Positions 38,101-50,100 of a stretch of 64,000 nt of DNA are shown piece by piece. How positions within the stretch are numbered: the stretch's first letter is position 1; each line of letters starts with the position of its first letter. The position numbers were made by a program, and so were the translations under genes. Source of the stretch: Camelus dromedarius (lineage: Eukaryota); contig NC_087437.1 of NCBI RefSeq assembly GCF_036321535.1, forward strand, positions 71,674,001 through 71,738,000, given 5' to 3'. Under the pieces are notes generated by a model, which worked only from the letters and a program-made list of their open reading frames with translations, was not told where the DNA came from and did not search any database.

Positions 38101-38707
38101 TTGTAGCCATTTCAAAACGTTTTGTAAGCAGTCAGATTAATTAGGTACTTAAAAATAAGTATAATCGCTGACTGTGCCACAGAGCAGTTGAAGAGCAGAT
38201 TGCTGAACCGAGAAATCTGTGAAGCTAGGCCTGTATTTTGTGCGCCTAGAGTCCCGTGACCAAGGAGCCCACAACATAAAATATTTACTTTTAAAGGACA
38301 ACAAGATAACATAGTGTAAAACAAAGAAGTAAAAGGAAATTCGCCCTGCGACGTATCTTTGTTGATGATTGTGTGCGATCAGGGCCCCTTTGAGCCATTT
38401 TGTATCATTAGGCATATTTTCAAAATTGTTCAGATCATTTCATTTAATTATCAATGAAGCATCCTTAGGATGATGATAATAATATAGCTGGACATAAAAA
38501 TTAAACTGGGATAAAAAGCTGATAAAATGCTGGGCTTTCTGTTTGGCTTTGATCTTGAGTCATGGACCACGAAATAGCCGGGACCAGAAAGGCAAATAAG
38601 ATTGAATGTCCTCCGGGCACCGCTGCGGTGTTTCTCTAAAAAGCTGCTTCTAGGCGGCGCATGAGCTTCCCGGACGCCTGTCTCCGCCCTCCCGGAGGCG
38701 GGGTGGT

Positions 38708-38722
38708 GTTGCCGTTGGCAAC
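38708..38722. promoter_or_regulatory. RFX X-box GTTGCC-GTT-GGCAAC
   Basis: Two perfect palindromic half-sites with a 3-nt spacer, fitting GTNRCC(N0-3)RGYAAC; expected for a motile-cilium gene. Confidence 0.85.
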
Positions 38723-38788
38723 CGCGGTAAACGGAGACCTTGGGCAGATGCTGTGACTAGGAACTCGCTGCGGAGATCGGCGCCTTCG
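38723..38788 (+). other. CFAP44: Probable non-coding exon 1 of CFAP44 (5' end uncertain)
   Basis: Consensus donor TCG|GTAAGT at 38788/38789 in the CpG island; the next exon has only 5 nt before its ATG, so an upstream UTR exon is needed. Confidence 0.7.
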
Positions 38789-40229
38789 GTAAGTTTGGAC
38801 CTCAGCAGCCTGGCAGTTCCCACAACTTCCCAATCTGTTAGAGAGCAGTGAACCTCACTTGGACTTCTCTTAAGGCCAACAAGTGTTCTCCGGGCTTGGC
38901 TGGGACACATTCCTTCTCCTTTCTGTGGATCAGACATACGTTTGAAGTGACAACATTCACAGGCATGGAGCTACACACTAGATACAAAGCGGACACTGTT
39001 CCTGCCTGCAAGGAGTTCGTAATCCAGGAGTACGAATTAGACCCAGCCGAGCCAGAAGTAGGGAGTCGGTGGGAAATTGCCTGGTTCTGGGGTCAAGCAA
39101 GCCACCCCTCTCACGTTAAGCTGTATGACACTCGGCAAGTTGACCTTCTATGCTTTAGTCTCTTCATCTCTAAAAGGGAAGGTGATAGTGCTTACCTCAT
39201 AGGGTTCTTGTTACCATTAAATAGGAGAATTCAGGTAAGATGTGTGGCCTATGCATGACATGGTAGGTGCACAGTAAATCTTTGTTGCACACAGGTGGAT
39301 ATAGTAGCTCAGTGTGTCAGTCCAGCCAATTATGAGTTGACCCAGATGGCTACTAATGTAAACTTTCTAAGATACAATTTTTAAAAATTGAAGTACAGTC
39401 AATTTACAATGTTGATGAGAAACCTTTGAGGAGGAGGAGAGGCTGAGGAGGGTCCAGGAAGTGGGGAGGTGGCAGGAGGTGAATTACAGACTCTAAGATG
39501 AAGGACCTTTGGGCCATGCCAAGGAATCTGAGTTCTTATTCTATGGCAACAAGGAACCATTAATGGCTTTAAACAAGAAGAATGGTGCACTGCAAGCTGT
39601 GTCTTAGAAATATAAGTGGCAGTGCAGAAACGGACCAGAGAAGGGAGAGAATGAGCTGTGGAAATGATGGAAGTGTGACGAGATGAAGGCCACAACTAGG
39701 ATGGTGACAGGAGAGTAGAAGGGAGGGGATAGATACAAAAGGCTGGATAACTGGACACTTGGCAACAGGACTTGGAGCCAACTGCCTGAACTGAGAGGGA
39801 AGGATTCAAAGAGTACCTGCTCTGCTTTCTCATCTGTAAGATGCACCTAACTCAGAGATTTGAGAAATATATGAAATAATATGTGTAGAATCCTCAGAAC
39901 TGTGCTTGACACACAGTAAACATTAACAAACCAGGAGCTACTATTCTCTTCACATTTGTATTTCACACTATAAAGTAAAAACAAAGTATCTGTTTATATG
40001 CAGTCATCTTTGTGAATCTCAACCTGAACAGCTCTGGCACACTGTTGAGATGGAGTGTTGGAGTTTGTGAGAGTGGGGACCGGGGACCGACCCTGGAATG
40101 TAGGGGATGAATCTGAGTACTGTCACTTTGGGGAGCACCCTGTCTGGCCTCCAGCCAACCTCCTTCTAGCAACACACCCCCTGCACCACTGCATACTATG
40201 ATTTTCTTTTCTGTTTACACTTCCTCAGG

Positions 40230-40940
40230 GTTGACACGAAACTTGACAGTCTGCCTAAAGAGCTGGTTAACAGAATTAGCCACAGGCTGGACCAATAAGC
40301 CTGAGTCCAGGAAACAGATTTAAGATAGTTCTGTAGATTTCCAAATCTAGCTAGTTCAGTTGTATAAGATAGGACATGGTTAGGAACATGCAGATAAGGT
40401 TTAGTTATTCTAGTTGGTTACAAATGGATTATGTGAGTCAGGGTATGATAAACCAGCCTTCCTACCCAAAAGATAATGTAATATTAGGCTGCCTTGAAGG
40501 AATACAGTGTCCCCAGCAGGTAAAGTGATAGTTTATATCTTCTGGAAAGTATCCGGATCCTTCAAAGAACATACAAAATTGGGAGGGATATATGGTGGAT
40601 TGGAATTTAATTTCTTGAGCTATCAGGATGCTGAAAAGATTTGAAAACATATTAGCAAGGAATAGTTGAAAGAACTGAGATGCTTTAGCTGGGAAAAGAG
40701 AAGATCTGGGGAGGAAAGTAAACCAGCTACAATTATTTGAATGGCTGTAGTAAATGGAAAAACTTGTTCTATGTGTTCTCAGAAGAATAAGGGCCAGATA
40801 GACCCAAGTTGCAGGGAGGGAGATTTCATATAACATAAAATGAACTTACTAAAAACTAGAGCTGAGAACATTAACAGAAATGTGCTCATCCTCTTACCTG
40901 AAATGTTAAAATTGAAGTTGATCATCTTTAGAAGTGTTCC
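40230..40940 (+). mobile_element. L3/CR1 LINE remnant (an antisense piece at ~47820-48100)
   Basis: gaactgagatgctttagctgggaaaagagaagatctggggagg...gttgcagggagggagatttc resembles the L3 3' region. Confidence 0.6.
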
Positions 40941-41754
40941 TTCATTTGTTCATTTATTCAGGGATTAATACATTCATCCCTTCAACTATTTTACATACTG
41001 AGTGACAGTCACTGTTATTTCAAAGCTTTACTGTATTAACTCATTGGGATCTGAGAACAACCGTATGAAGTAGGTACTGCACTTTACAGGTGAGAAGGAA
41101 CAGAGAGGTTAAATACTTGTTTAACACCTTACAACTAGTAAGAGGAAGAGCTGGGCTTTGAGCCCGGTCAGTGCAGTTCTAGCCAATACTCTCAGCCTGA
41201 CCAACACACTAGACTGCTTTTCTAGCGGTGCTGGGCTGAGTATAGGTGTGTGACTTATGTTGGGTGGGAGGTTGGATGGATTAAACCTCTTTCAACTCTG
41301 AAGATCCTATGATGTTTATTGAGCCCTAACTGTATTAAAGAGAATGTGTAGTAACTATAGTAAAAACAACTACCATTTTCCAGTACCTACAGGAGTTTTA
41401 TATAAACCCGTGGTCCTTAACTCTGATTCTTATCCTTGGCTGCACAAAAGAATTATGTAGAGAGTGAGACTCTGAGAATGGTATGTTGTAAAAAGTTTTC
41501 CAACTGATTCTAAAGTGCAGCCACAGTTGAGAACTATGGATATAAGATCTCATTTAGTACTTACAATAACTCTGCCAGATGACTTATTATTCTGATTTTA
41601 CATATAAAAGGACTAACACATTAAGGGATGCTGGGGCTTGGCCCTTGGCCAACTTAACCTTTTTTCCTTGGAGAAACTGGGATGTGAACCCAAGTGTCTG
41701 TGGCATCAAAGCCTCATCAGGTTACAATACACCTTCCCAACCCCTTCATTCTAA

Positions 41755-41797
41755 AAACAAACAAACAAACAAACAAACAAACAAAACAAACAAATAA
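41755..41797. repeat. (AAAC)n microsatellite
   Basis: Read directly. Confidence 0.95.
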
Positions 41798-42329
41798 AGT
41801 CTACCTTATTCCATCTCACCAGTTGCACTGCTAATCTCTGGCACGCCAGGAGCCCCTCCTACCTGACCTGCTCACCTGCTTTTCACAGGTTCATCAGTCA
41901 CCCTTTATGACCCCCAAATCTAAAAATCTCAGTATTTTTTGTCCTGTGTCGCTAGTTCAGAAGACAGGGCAAATTCATTTAGCCCCAGTATTTTCTTTCA
42001 TACTATACACAACCTGGTATACCTAGGTTGGTGATGTTAATGTCTATTGCATGGTGGTATTAGCCACCTGAGGATTATATTGTCTATGATAACAAAAAGT
42101 GTGGTACTTTTGTCTTGACACCATTTAACCTTTTGTTGTGGTTCAGATCCTTTGTTTGCAGAGTGGTTCAGTTAGCATAATTGTTTCTTACCCATTTTAT
42201 GATCAATTTATGAGTAAATTTATTAGGTCTTACAGGCTCTTGATTAGAATCTATACCCAGTTAATGTTCAGTTATAGGATGTTAAAAATGAGTGTATGCA
42301 GACAAGGAAAGACTAAAGGGTAGGAAATG

Positions 42330-42755
42330 ATCTCATGAAGCTTTTATTGGTGGGAAGCAGGAAAGAAAACTGAGATGTAACTCACTGAGAGGTACTTGAC
42401 CTACTGTTGCCGGCTTTGAAGGGAGCGTGACCCAGGGAATGCAGGCAGCCTCTGGAAGCTTAGAAAAACTGACCTACAGCCAGCAGGAAAACAGAGACTT
42501 CAGTCCTACAACCACAGGGAACTGGATTCTGCCAACAACCTAAGTGAGCCTGGAAATAGATTCCTCCCCAGAGCCTTCAGAAATGAAGAGGGTTTGGCCC
42601 ACACTTTGATTTCAACCTTGTGAGACTCTAAGCAGAGAACCAGCTGAGTCACAACTGTGCTTGGATTTCTGACCCATAGAACTGGGAAGATAATAAATGG
42701 GTGCCATTTTAAGCTGCTAAATTTGTATGACAACAATAGGAAAGTGAAACAATAC
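42330..42755 (+). mobile_element. MLT1 (MaLR) solo LTR
   Basis: cagtcctacaaccacagggaactggattctgccaacaacc...ttttaagctgctaaatttgt. Confidence 0.8.
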
Positions 42756-44079
42756 CTGTTTACAGACTGAAGTGTTATTGAAATTTGCAGACTAAAATTT
42801 TTCATTTAGTTCTTAATTGAATAGCAACAATAGAATATCAGTTCAGTTTTGTTGAGGGACTGCCTTACCTCCACCTATTTGGGGCCTGCATCATGGCACT
42901 TTAGAGAGTAGTTTCGTTTCCTTCCAGTACCTTAAATGTTGATTTTTATCAAGGAAATCTTCATTTAGAGTGCTGCTTCAATCATGATGATCAGACCATC
43001 CTGGTCAACCTCAGATGGGTCTGAATCAGTGATTTAGAAGAGAAGTTTATTCTGAGATGATATGAAAAGAGAATTGTCAATTTCTTTTTCTTAGACTGTA
43101 AACTGTTTAGAGCCAAGGGCTGTATAGTGCTCATCTTTGTATCATCTGCAGGGCCTGACATAGTATCATCTGTATATAAAGATGACCAATAGTTTTAAGA
43201 ATTGAACTGCTTTAAACTGTGGAGAACCTTGAAATCAAGGGAGGAAATGGCATTGAGATATGTTTGTGGCTATCTGAACATGTTTACCCACAGTATGTGA
43301 TCATCTGCAACCAACCTGCCATAACTGACGCTGCCTTGTAATAGCAGATATTACTTAATTATTCATTCTAAAGTGAGTCACTTGTATGAGCACAGAAAGC
43401 AAGCCTGTGTATCCAAACTGAAAGGAATATAAAATGTACTAGATGATAGAATTTGGATTTTAAAGATCTCCCATCACCCGTGTCTTCAAATGCCTCTTCC
43501 TTAACCCCAGACATGATTTAATCTTCTTGCTAGATGCACGCACAGCACCCTATTTTTGGTAACACTCATTATATTTTAATTGCTTGTTTAATACCTATCT
43601 TTCTAAACAAGCTCCACAAAGTTAGGGATCATACCTCTCTAGTTCAGTACCATAATTTAGCTAACATAAGATTTGATACATAGAAGGTGTCCTCAACAAT
43701 ATTTAAAAATTGAAATTGGTTAGTAACACCAGGGGAATTTGATGATGGGAGGAGGAAGAGAAGGAGGTAAACCAAAGGAAGGCTGGCAGAGGGTTAATTT
43801 TTATTTTCACTGTGGCTTTCTGGAAAACCAGAGGGCACCACGGTGAAAAGTTTGCCTGGAGGAAGGGAATATCTGATTATATTTTGCCATTCTGCAGAGG
43901 TCTCTGATGGTGGCTGTACCCTCCTGATGGTAAAGTCATTTCGGATACCATGCAAACATAGGATTATCAACACACATGGTGTTTGGTTCTCATGGAATTT
44001 GGGGCAAAAAAATCTGTCAGTGATTTCTATTTTACAGCTCTCTCTATTTCTCTCTCTCAATTTTGTGCTTACAGAGGAA

Positions 44080-44176
44080 ATGAAGGAACCAGATGATCAG
44101 GATACTGATGGGGGAAAATCAGATAGATCAAAGAGTGATGAAAGGCAGTCTCGGTCCTTTAAATCTGCAACAAGAT
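44080..44176 (+). CDS. CFAP44: CFAP44 first coding exon (exon starts 44075; [32 protein letters not shown])
   Basis: cttacag|AGGAA ATG ... AGAT|gtaagt. Confidence 0.93.
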
Positions 44177-47100
44177 GTAAGTAAAGATTATAATTTACAC
44201 TTAGGGTCTTTATTATTAAATTCAGGTAGAATAATTTTTAAAGAATACATATCTACGTTTATATGACAGAATGATATTTATTCATTTAATTCCCTTACTA
44301 AACCTTAAGTTCTTTAAGAGCAGAGTCTGTGTTTTAATCATTTCATCTCTAGCTCCTGGAACACAGAAGGTACTGTCATCTCTGTGTTGATAATAACCTA
44401 TCTTCACATCTGCTGGCTTTCTCCTGTAGGGTCTACAAAGTCTTTAATGGACTTCTCTTACACCACTGTAGTGGAAAAGAAGAGCTGGATTTCAGTTTTG
44501 AGTCCTGGGTCTACCACTTTGAGATGTTTGATCTTGGATAAATTATTTCACCTTTCTAAGCCTCAATTTTCTCACCTATTAAAATGATGATTGTGAGCTG
44601 TTTGAAGATTAAATTGGATGACATGCATGGAAGGATATCACAGAGTGCAGATGGAAGGGGAAGTGAAGGATTTTTAAGATTAATAATTTTTAATAATTAA
44701 TAAGAGTTTTAAAAGATGGCTGCCTTTTTCTGACTGAACATCATGGTGTTAGGTAGCCTGGTGGAATCTTGACTTTTTTTAGTTCTAATCCTAAATATAG
44801 TTTCAGAAATACAGTTTTTACTATCCAGTTACAGGAGATCAGGTCCTGGGGAAATCAATTCATTTACAAAATTTACATTAAATTCTGTATGGTTACCAAA
44901 GGGGAAAGGTAGGATAAATCGGGGGGGAGGATAAATCAGGAGTTTAGGATTAGCAGATACAAACTACTATGCACAGAATAGCTAAACAACAAGGTCCTAC
45001 TGTATAACACAGGGAACTATATTCAATAGCTTGTAATAACCTGTAATGAAAATGAATATGAAAAATAAAATTTATATGTAGAACTGAATCACTATGCTGT
45101 ATAGCAGAAACTAACACAACACTGTAAATCAACTATACTTCAATTTAAAAACAAATGATTTATTCTCCTTTATCTGTGTTCACTGCCAATTCCTTTATCA
45201 ATGATTCTCTCATTCTCACTGGCAGTCTTAACTCATCTAATGGCAACTTGAACTCTGTTCCCAGGGGTAAGTCGCAGGACGACGCGTCAAGTTTTTAGTG
45301 TTGAGATGGGGAAATAATCTTTGCTTGGGATGGTCACAAGAAAGATCTAAGATACCTGTTAAATGGTGTTATTGGAGGGTAGTTACCCAAGGCTCTCCCT
45401 TGGGGGAATTCAAGCAGTGGGGCCCATTTAGGTGCCCAAGATAATTTTTTTTTTCTATACAAATACACGAATCCTACAGAACCGTGTCCTGTTGTCTTGC
45501 TAATTGGCTTGGCTTAGCTTTCCCACCTCATCTATGTTAGTCTTGGGCCTTATTCCTCATCTTTTAGCCTCATCTCAAATAGATCTAGTCGGTGGTTCTA
45601 CTGTTTCTGGCATACTTACCATTTCTGCCTTGTTCTCCTGAAAGTTCACCCCGCCCTTTCGCCTGCTTGACATGGTATATTTGAACCATACCCATGTTTG
45701 GACTTGATCTGAATGTTGGCTTATACCTAGGTCTGTTCTACTCCCATTCCAACTCTCTTTCTCTTCTAGCTTATCCTGAAGCAAACAGTCTAACTTATTC
45801 CTGTGATATCACTCAGAGGTAGTCATACCCAGACAAGTTTGTTCTTGAATGTGCATTATTTATCTTTGACATAAAAGGTCCTTATAAATAATAAGTTTTG
45901 GTCAAATCAAATTGAATTAAAAAAGTAATAGCAGCATACTTGACCAATCTTCTTTTCTTTCTATTTTATTTTCTTGTAAGTGGAAGTGGACTGGAAATGA
46001 AGTGAAAACAGAGATTAACTCACAGGAAAAGCTTTTAAAAATTTTTGTAAAGTTATGAGTGACCAAATAAAATGATTTTTGTAGGGATTTTTGAGCTTAA
46101 AATTCATTCAACTTAGAACACAAATGAATTGGAAGTACTAGCTACTTTGGAAATAAGAAAATATTTCATTAAAATTTAGAAATTATTAAAACAAAGGATT
46201 TTTAATAGCTGCTATGAAAGAGGATTACAAATCTTTGGAAGATACCACAGACGAAACATTTACTGAAGGGGAAGAATCATATTCAGGGGACAATGACTCA
46301 TATATGGAACATTTGGAAAGAAGTTCAAGTTCACTTCAAGATGATTATGCAGAAAGCACTGGTGGTAAGTATTATTAGGTTTTTTTTTTAAATCAGTTCA
46401 GTAGTTTCAGAAATACTGTTTTAAAGACAAATTGCCCAAACTGAACAGTTGTAAATCCATTAAAAAAAATTGCAAGATATGTGGGGGTGATAAAAGAAAG
46501 AGCATCAATCTTATGCTGATAGGGTGGTTTAGCAGCTCTGGGGTTGGCTAGTCTATTTCTGAGGATCACATACTCTCATACTGGGTTTTCCTGGGGAGTG
46601 GGGATGGTCTAAAGAGTGATCTACCCCAGATTAGTGAGAACAACTCTCTCTTGGAACTGACTGGGAACTGTTCTTTGGGACTGCTGGGATCATGAGCAGG
46701 GCTCAGCGTTCACCCTGATGCACACAGGCGTGTGCCTCGGTACCCATGCTCATTAGTGGGTGGCATCCTATGTTCGGGCCAGTAGTCGTAGTTACTGCTG
46801 GAGTAAGACAGACTGGGTACATTGCTCCCGTCTTCATGAAACATGATTTTAGGATTGAGCAGACACTCTTCTTAGTTAAAACATTTTAACTTTTTAGAAT
46901 CTCAGTATATGGAAACTCCTGTCCCAGCTGCAGAAGAGGCAGAGGAGGAAGTTAAGAAGAAAATATCAGAGAGCTTCTTCTACAATTATATGGAACTTGT
47001 TTCGATGCCTTTTGTGACTCCGGATTCAAACATACCACTGGATCTTCTCACACTTGTGTATCCACTCCAGTTACATACATATAGTCTTGGAATTTCAGCT

Positions 47101-50100
47101 TCTTAGGTCAGGGGTTGGCAAACTAGAGCCCATGCACCAAATCTGGCCCCTGGCCTTTTTTCCTAAATAAAGTTTTATTGGAACACAGCACTGCTCATTC
47201 ATTTACCTTTTGTGTATGGCTGCCATCACACTGCAAGGGCAGATTTAAGCAGTTACAACAGAGACAATCTGACCCACAAAGCCTAAAATATTTACTACCT
47301 GGCCCTTTACTGAAAAAGTTTGCCAACCCCTGTCTTGGGTCATTCTAAAAAGCTTGGCCTTTAGAGAAGCTGAGACAGAAAAGCTTGCTCTTAATTTAGA
47401 CTAAGATTTTGTTTGATGCCAAACAACCGTAATGAGAAATGATGATTTTTCTGGCTGTCCTTTCAGGAGACGTGATGAGGAGACCAGGAGGCCTCTGATC
47501 CCCATTCACCTCCTCTACCAGCCTGGCAGCCTCTTTTCAATGACTGTCAGTTAAAATCTTTGATCTCCCTTCTTGAAACACTGATGGGGCCACTGCCAGG
47601 CATTAGTGCTTTCACAGTATTCATCACATGAGGTACAGAGAAGACAGCCTTGAGGAACAGAATCAGAGGCCTCCTGGTCTCCTCATCACGTCTCCTCTCG
47701 GTAACTTTGCTTGTGCTGCCTTCTCCTGGCCCCCACCTCGGGGGACTTGCTGCTCCAGGCTGCAAGGATCTCTGTGTTAGAGAGAGAAGCCTAGTTTGTA
47801 AATAATGGAGTCAGAGAGGCCTTGACTTTTGGCACAATGCGTGAATCTTTTCCACACACGCTGGATGAGTGGCTGCATAAGCTGTAGATTTTTTTTTTAA
47901 ACACTTTCACAACCAGAGCAATCACACAAAGTTATCTCATTTTTGAACAGCTTGCATTATTAGAGAGCTCTTCCAGGCCTTGAATCAAAACCTGCCTCTC
48001 TGGAATGTCCTGCATTAGACTTAGTCCTACTCCCTAGAGATGGAACAAATGTAATCTCTATTTCTTGTGAGAAGCTCAAAGAAGTCAGCTGTCATATATC
48101 CCCCATGTACTCTTTCAATTCTTTATCTACTTCAGTTTTAACATTTCTGTCTTCTAAATCAATCAAGAAATGTGTAATTTATAACATATCACCTAAACCA
48201 CAGCATAAGTCATAAAAGACGCCAAACAGAACTTAACAGGGTATTTAAACCCCGTTTTAACGCAGAGGTCCTCAATGGCCACGAATGAACAGTGAGGGCC
48301 CGGGGCCTCTGATAGGAAGTTAGGAAGAAGAGCCAGAAGGGAGGGTAAGACAAAACAGAAGGGAGTTGAATGTATATCAGAACACCTGAAGAGGTGAAAA
48401 CACTTTCAGAGCTCTGCTTAGGGGCTGCCTTGTCCTCTGGGGTTAGAAGGGAAAGATCAGGCTCCAGTTATGAATTCATTCATTCATTCAACTCACTCAC
48501 TCACTCATTCAACTTAATAGGCTCTAAACACTGTGGTCTGCATTCCAGGAAGCAGAGAGGAGTGAGAATCAGTCTCTGCCCTCAAGCAGGTTGTGATTTA
48601 TAGGGAAAGAGTTTGGGAAGTTACAGTCTCACCCACTAAGATCGAAGCAGCAGCAAGTAAGAGTCATCTCCCTGAAACTAGACATGGTAATACTAGGTAG
48701 CCGATCCTATCTCTGATTCCCCACTGTCATCCAAGGTCGTGAAGAGATGGCAGCCCACTTCTACTCTCACAGTTACAGACATACTTTCAGCCCTCTGAAG
48801 TATGACACTGGCGCCTGGGAAAAGGGAAAGGGGAGGAGGAAAAAGGAAAGGTGAGAGCGTAGTCTGGGGAGAGGGAAGGAGAGGGTAGGCAAAACTTCTG
48901 CCCTGCACCGGACTCTGGAAGACCAGGGACTGTCGATTCCACTCTTTTCTTTGTAAAGAGTCCTCGGATATTAACCACGAGGCCAGAGCAGCTTCATCTA
49001 GAGCTTGGATCACATATTTACTCATATGCCTTTATAAGATTCAGTTTTAGGCATTTATATCTTTTAAATTGATAAAATTCCTTTTTCTTGAACAGATCAA
49101 ATGTTCTGAAATATTCTCTCTCTCTTTTTCAATTTAACTGTTAGACAATGAGATAAGGAAAGTAACTTGTAGTTCATTATAATTTGTATGTACTTTACAA
49201 TTCAAATCGCATTCATTAAAATCTTTTTTTTTTACATTCTATATATCCTTCTTGTTAAAAGTTCCACATAATTTCTTTCTCTGAAAATATTTACTTAGAA
49301 ATAAGGTGAATTCTCTAAAATCAGATTTTTTTTAAATAAGGGCTCAAGAAATAAAGATTTCTCCAATGATTCTTCAACTTTTGTGTTCAGCAGTGAGTTC
49401 TTCGAAAATAGGAATCTATTTCCTTAAGATACACTATAATATGTTTCTTTGGCAAGCTATAATTTCTTTAATAGATTGATCTATTATTACATTTATATCT
49501 TGGGTTATAGTAATTTGAATTTGAATGGAGTGATAAAGTACATTTAAAAGATGTTTTATAACTCAGATTTTTAAAACCTCTATTTTGAATTAATGCAGTT
49601 TTACTCTATAGCATAAATGCACACACACATATACACTCATCTACACACCCATACACACTAATAATCTCAGAAAGGAAATGTTAGGGTATTTATTTTATAT
49701 TCTTACATACTACATATTATTTAGTCAGTTTTCATGGTTTTTCATGTGATAACATTTCAATTATATTTATGTGAATTTATTACATAATCACTGGTGTGTC
49801 AATTTCACAAGCATGTCAGAATTTTAAACGGCTTATCTTTCAGCATCAAGGAAGAGACCTACAGGATCATTTTACTGTGTTCAGTCAACAAACTAAACAG
49901 GCATTAGGAGAACAAAGATGACAAAGACAGACTTCCTCCCGCATTATGATGTGATTTAGTTTCAGCAGGAGAGAGGGAAATGAAGTTATTTAGGGGACAA
50001 CTTTACTCTCTATAGTACCCAAATTGAAAGTTTAACTTGATTTTTTACTGCAAACAAAATTAGTATGCTTTCAGGATTTTCCTAAGAAAATTAAAATATT

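Larger units (their letters stand above)
38570..38900 (+). promoter_or_regulatory. CpG-rich promoter region of CFAP44
   Basis: The clearest CpG-dense, GC-rich stretch in the window, 5.3 kb upstream of the CFAP44 ATG exon; contains an X-box and a strong splice donor. Confidence 0.85.

Noticed and set aside
38636..39258. ORFs around the CpG island (38636..38833, 38650..38937, 38848..39258)
   Set aside because: Expected in GC-rich, stop-poor sequence, and the last runs into a MIR; antisense transcription cannot be shown from sequence alone
39378..39415. A third micro L1 tail (ttttaaaaattgaagtacagtcaatttacaatgttg)
   Set aside because: It resembles the L1 terminus, but I found no TSD and cannot define it as a discrete insertion
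43843..44079. In-frame N-terminal extension of CFAP44 (ORF 43843..44184)
   Set aside because: It runs through the polypyrimidine tract and acceptor of exon 2, and I recall orthologues starting at MKEPDD; likely a chance open frame
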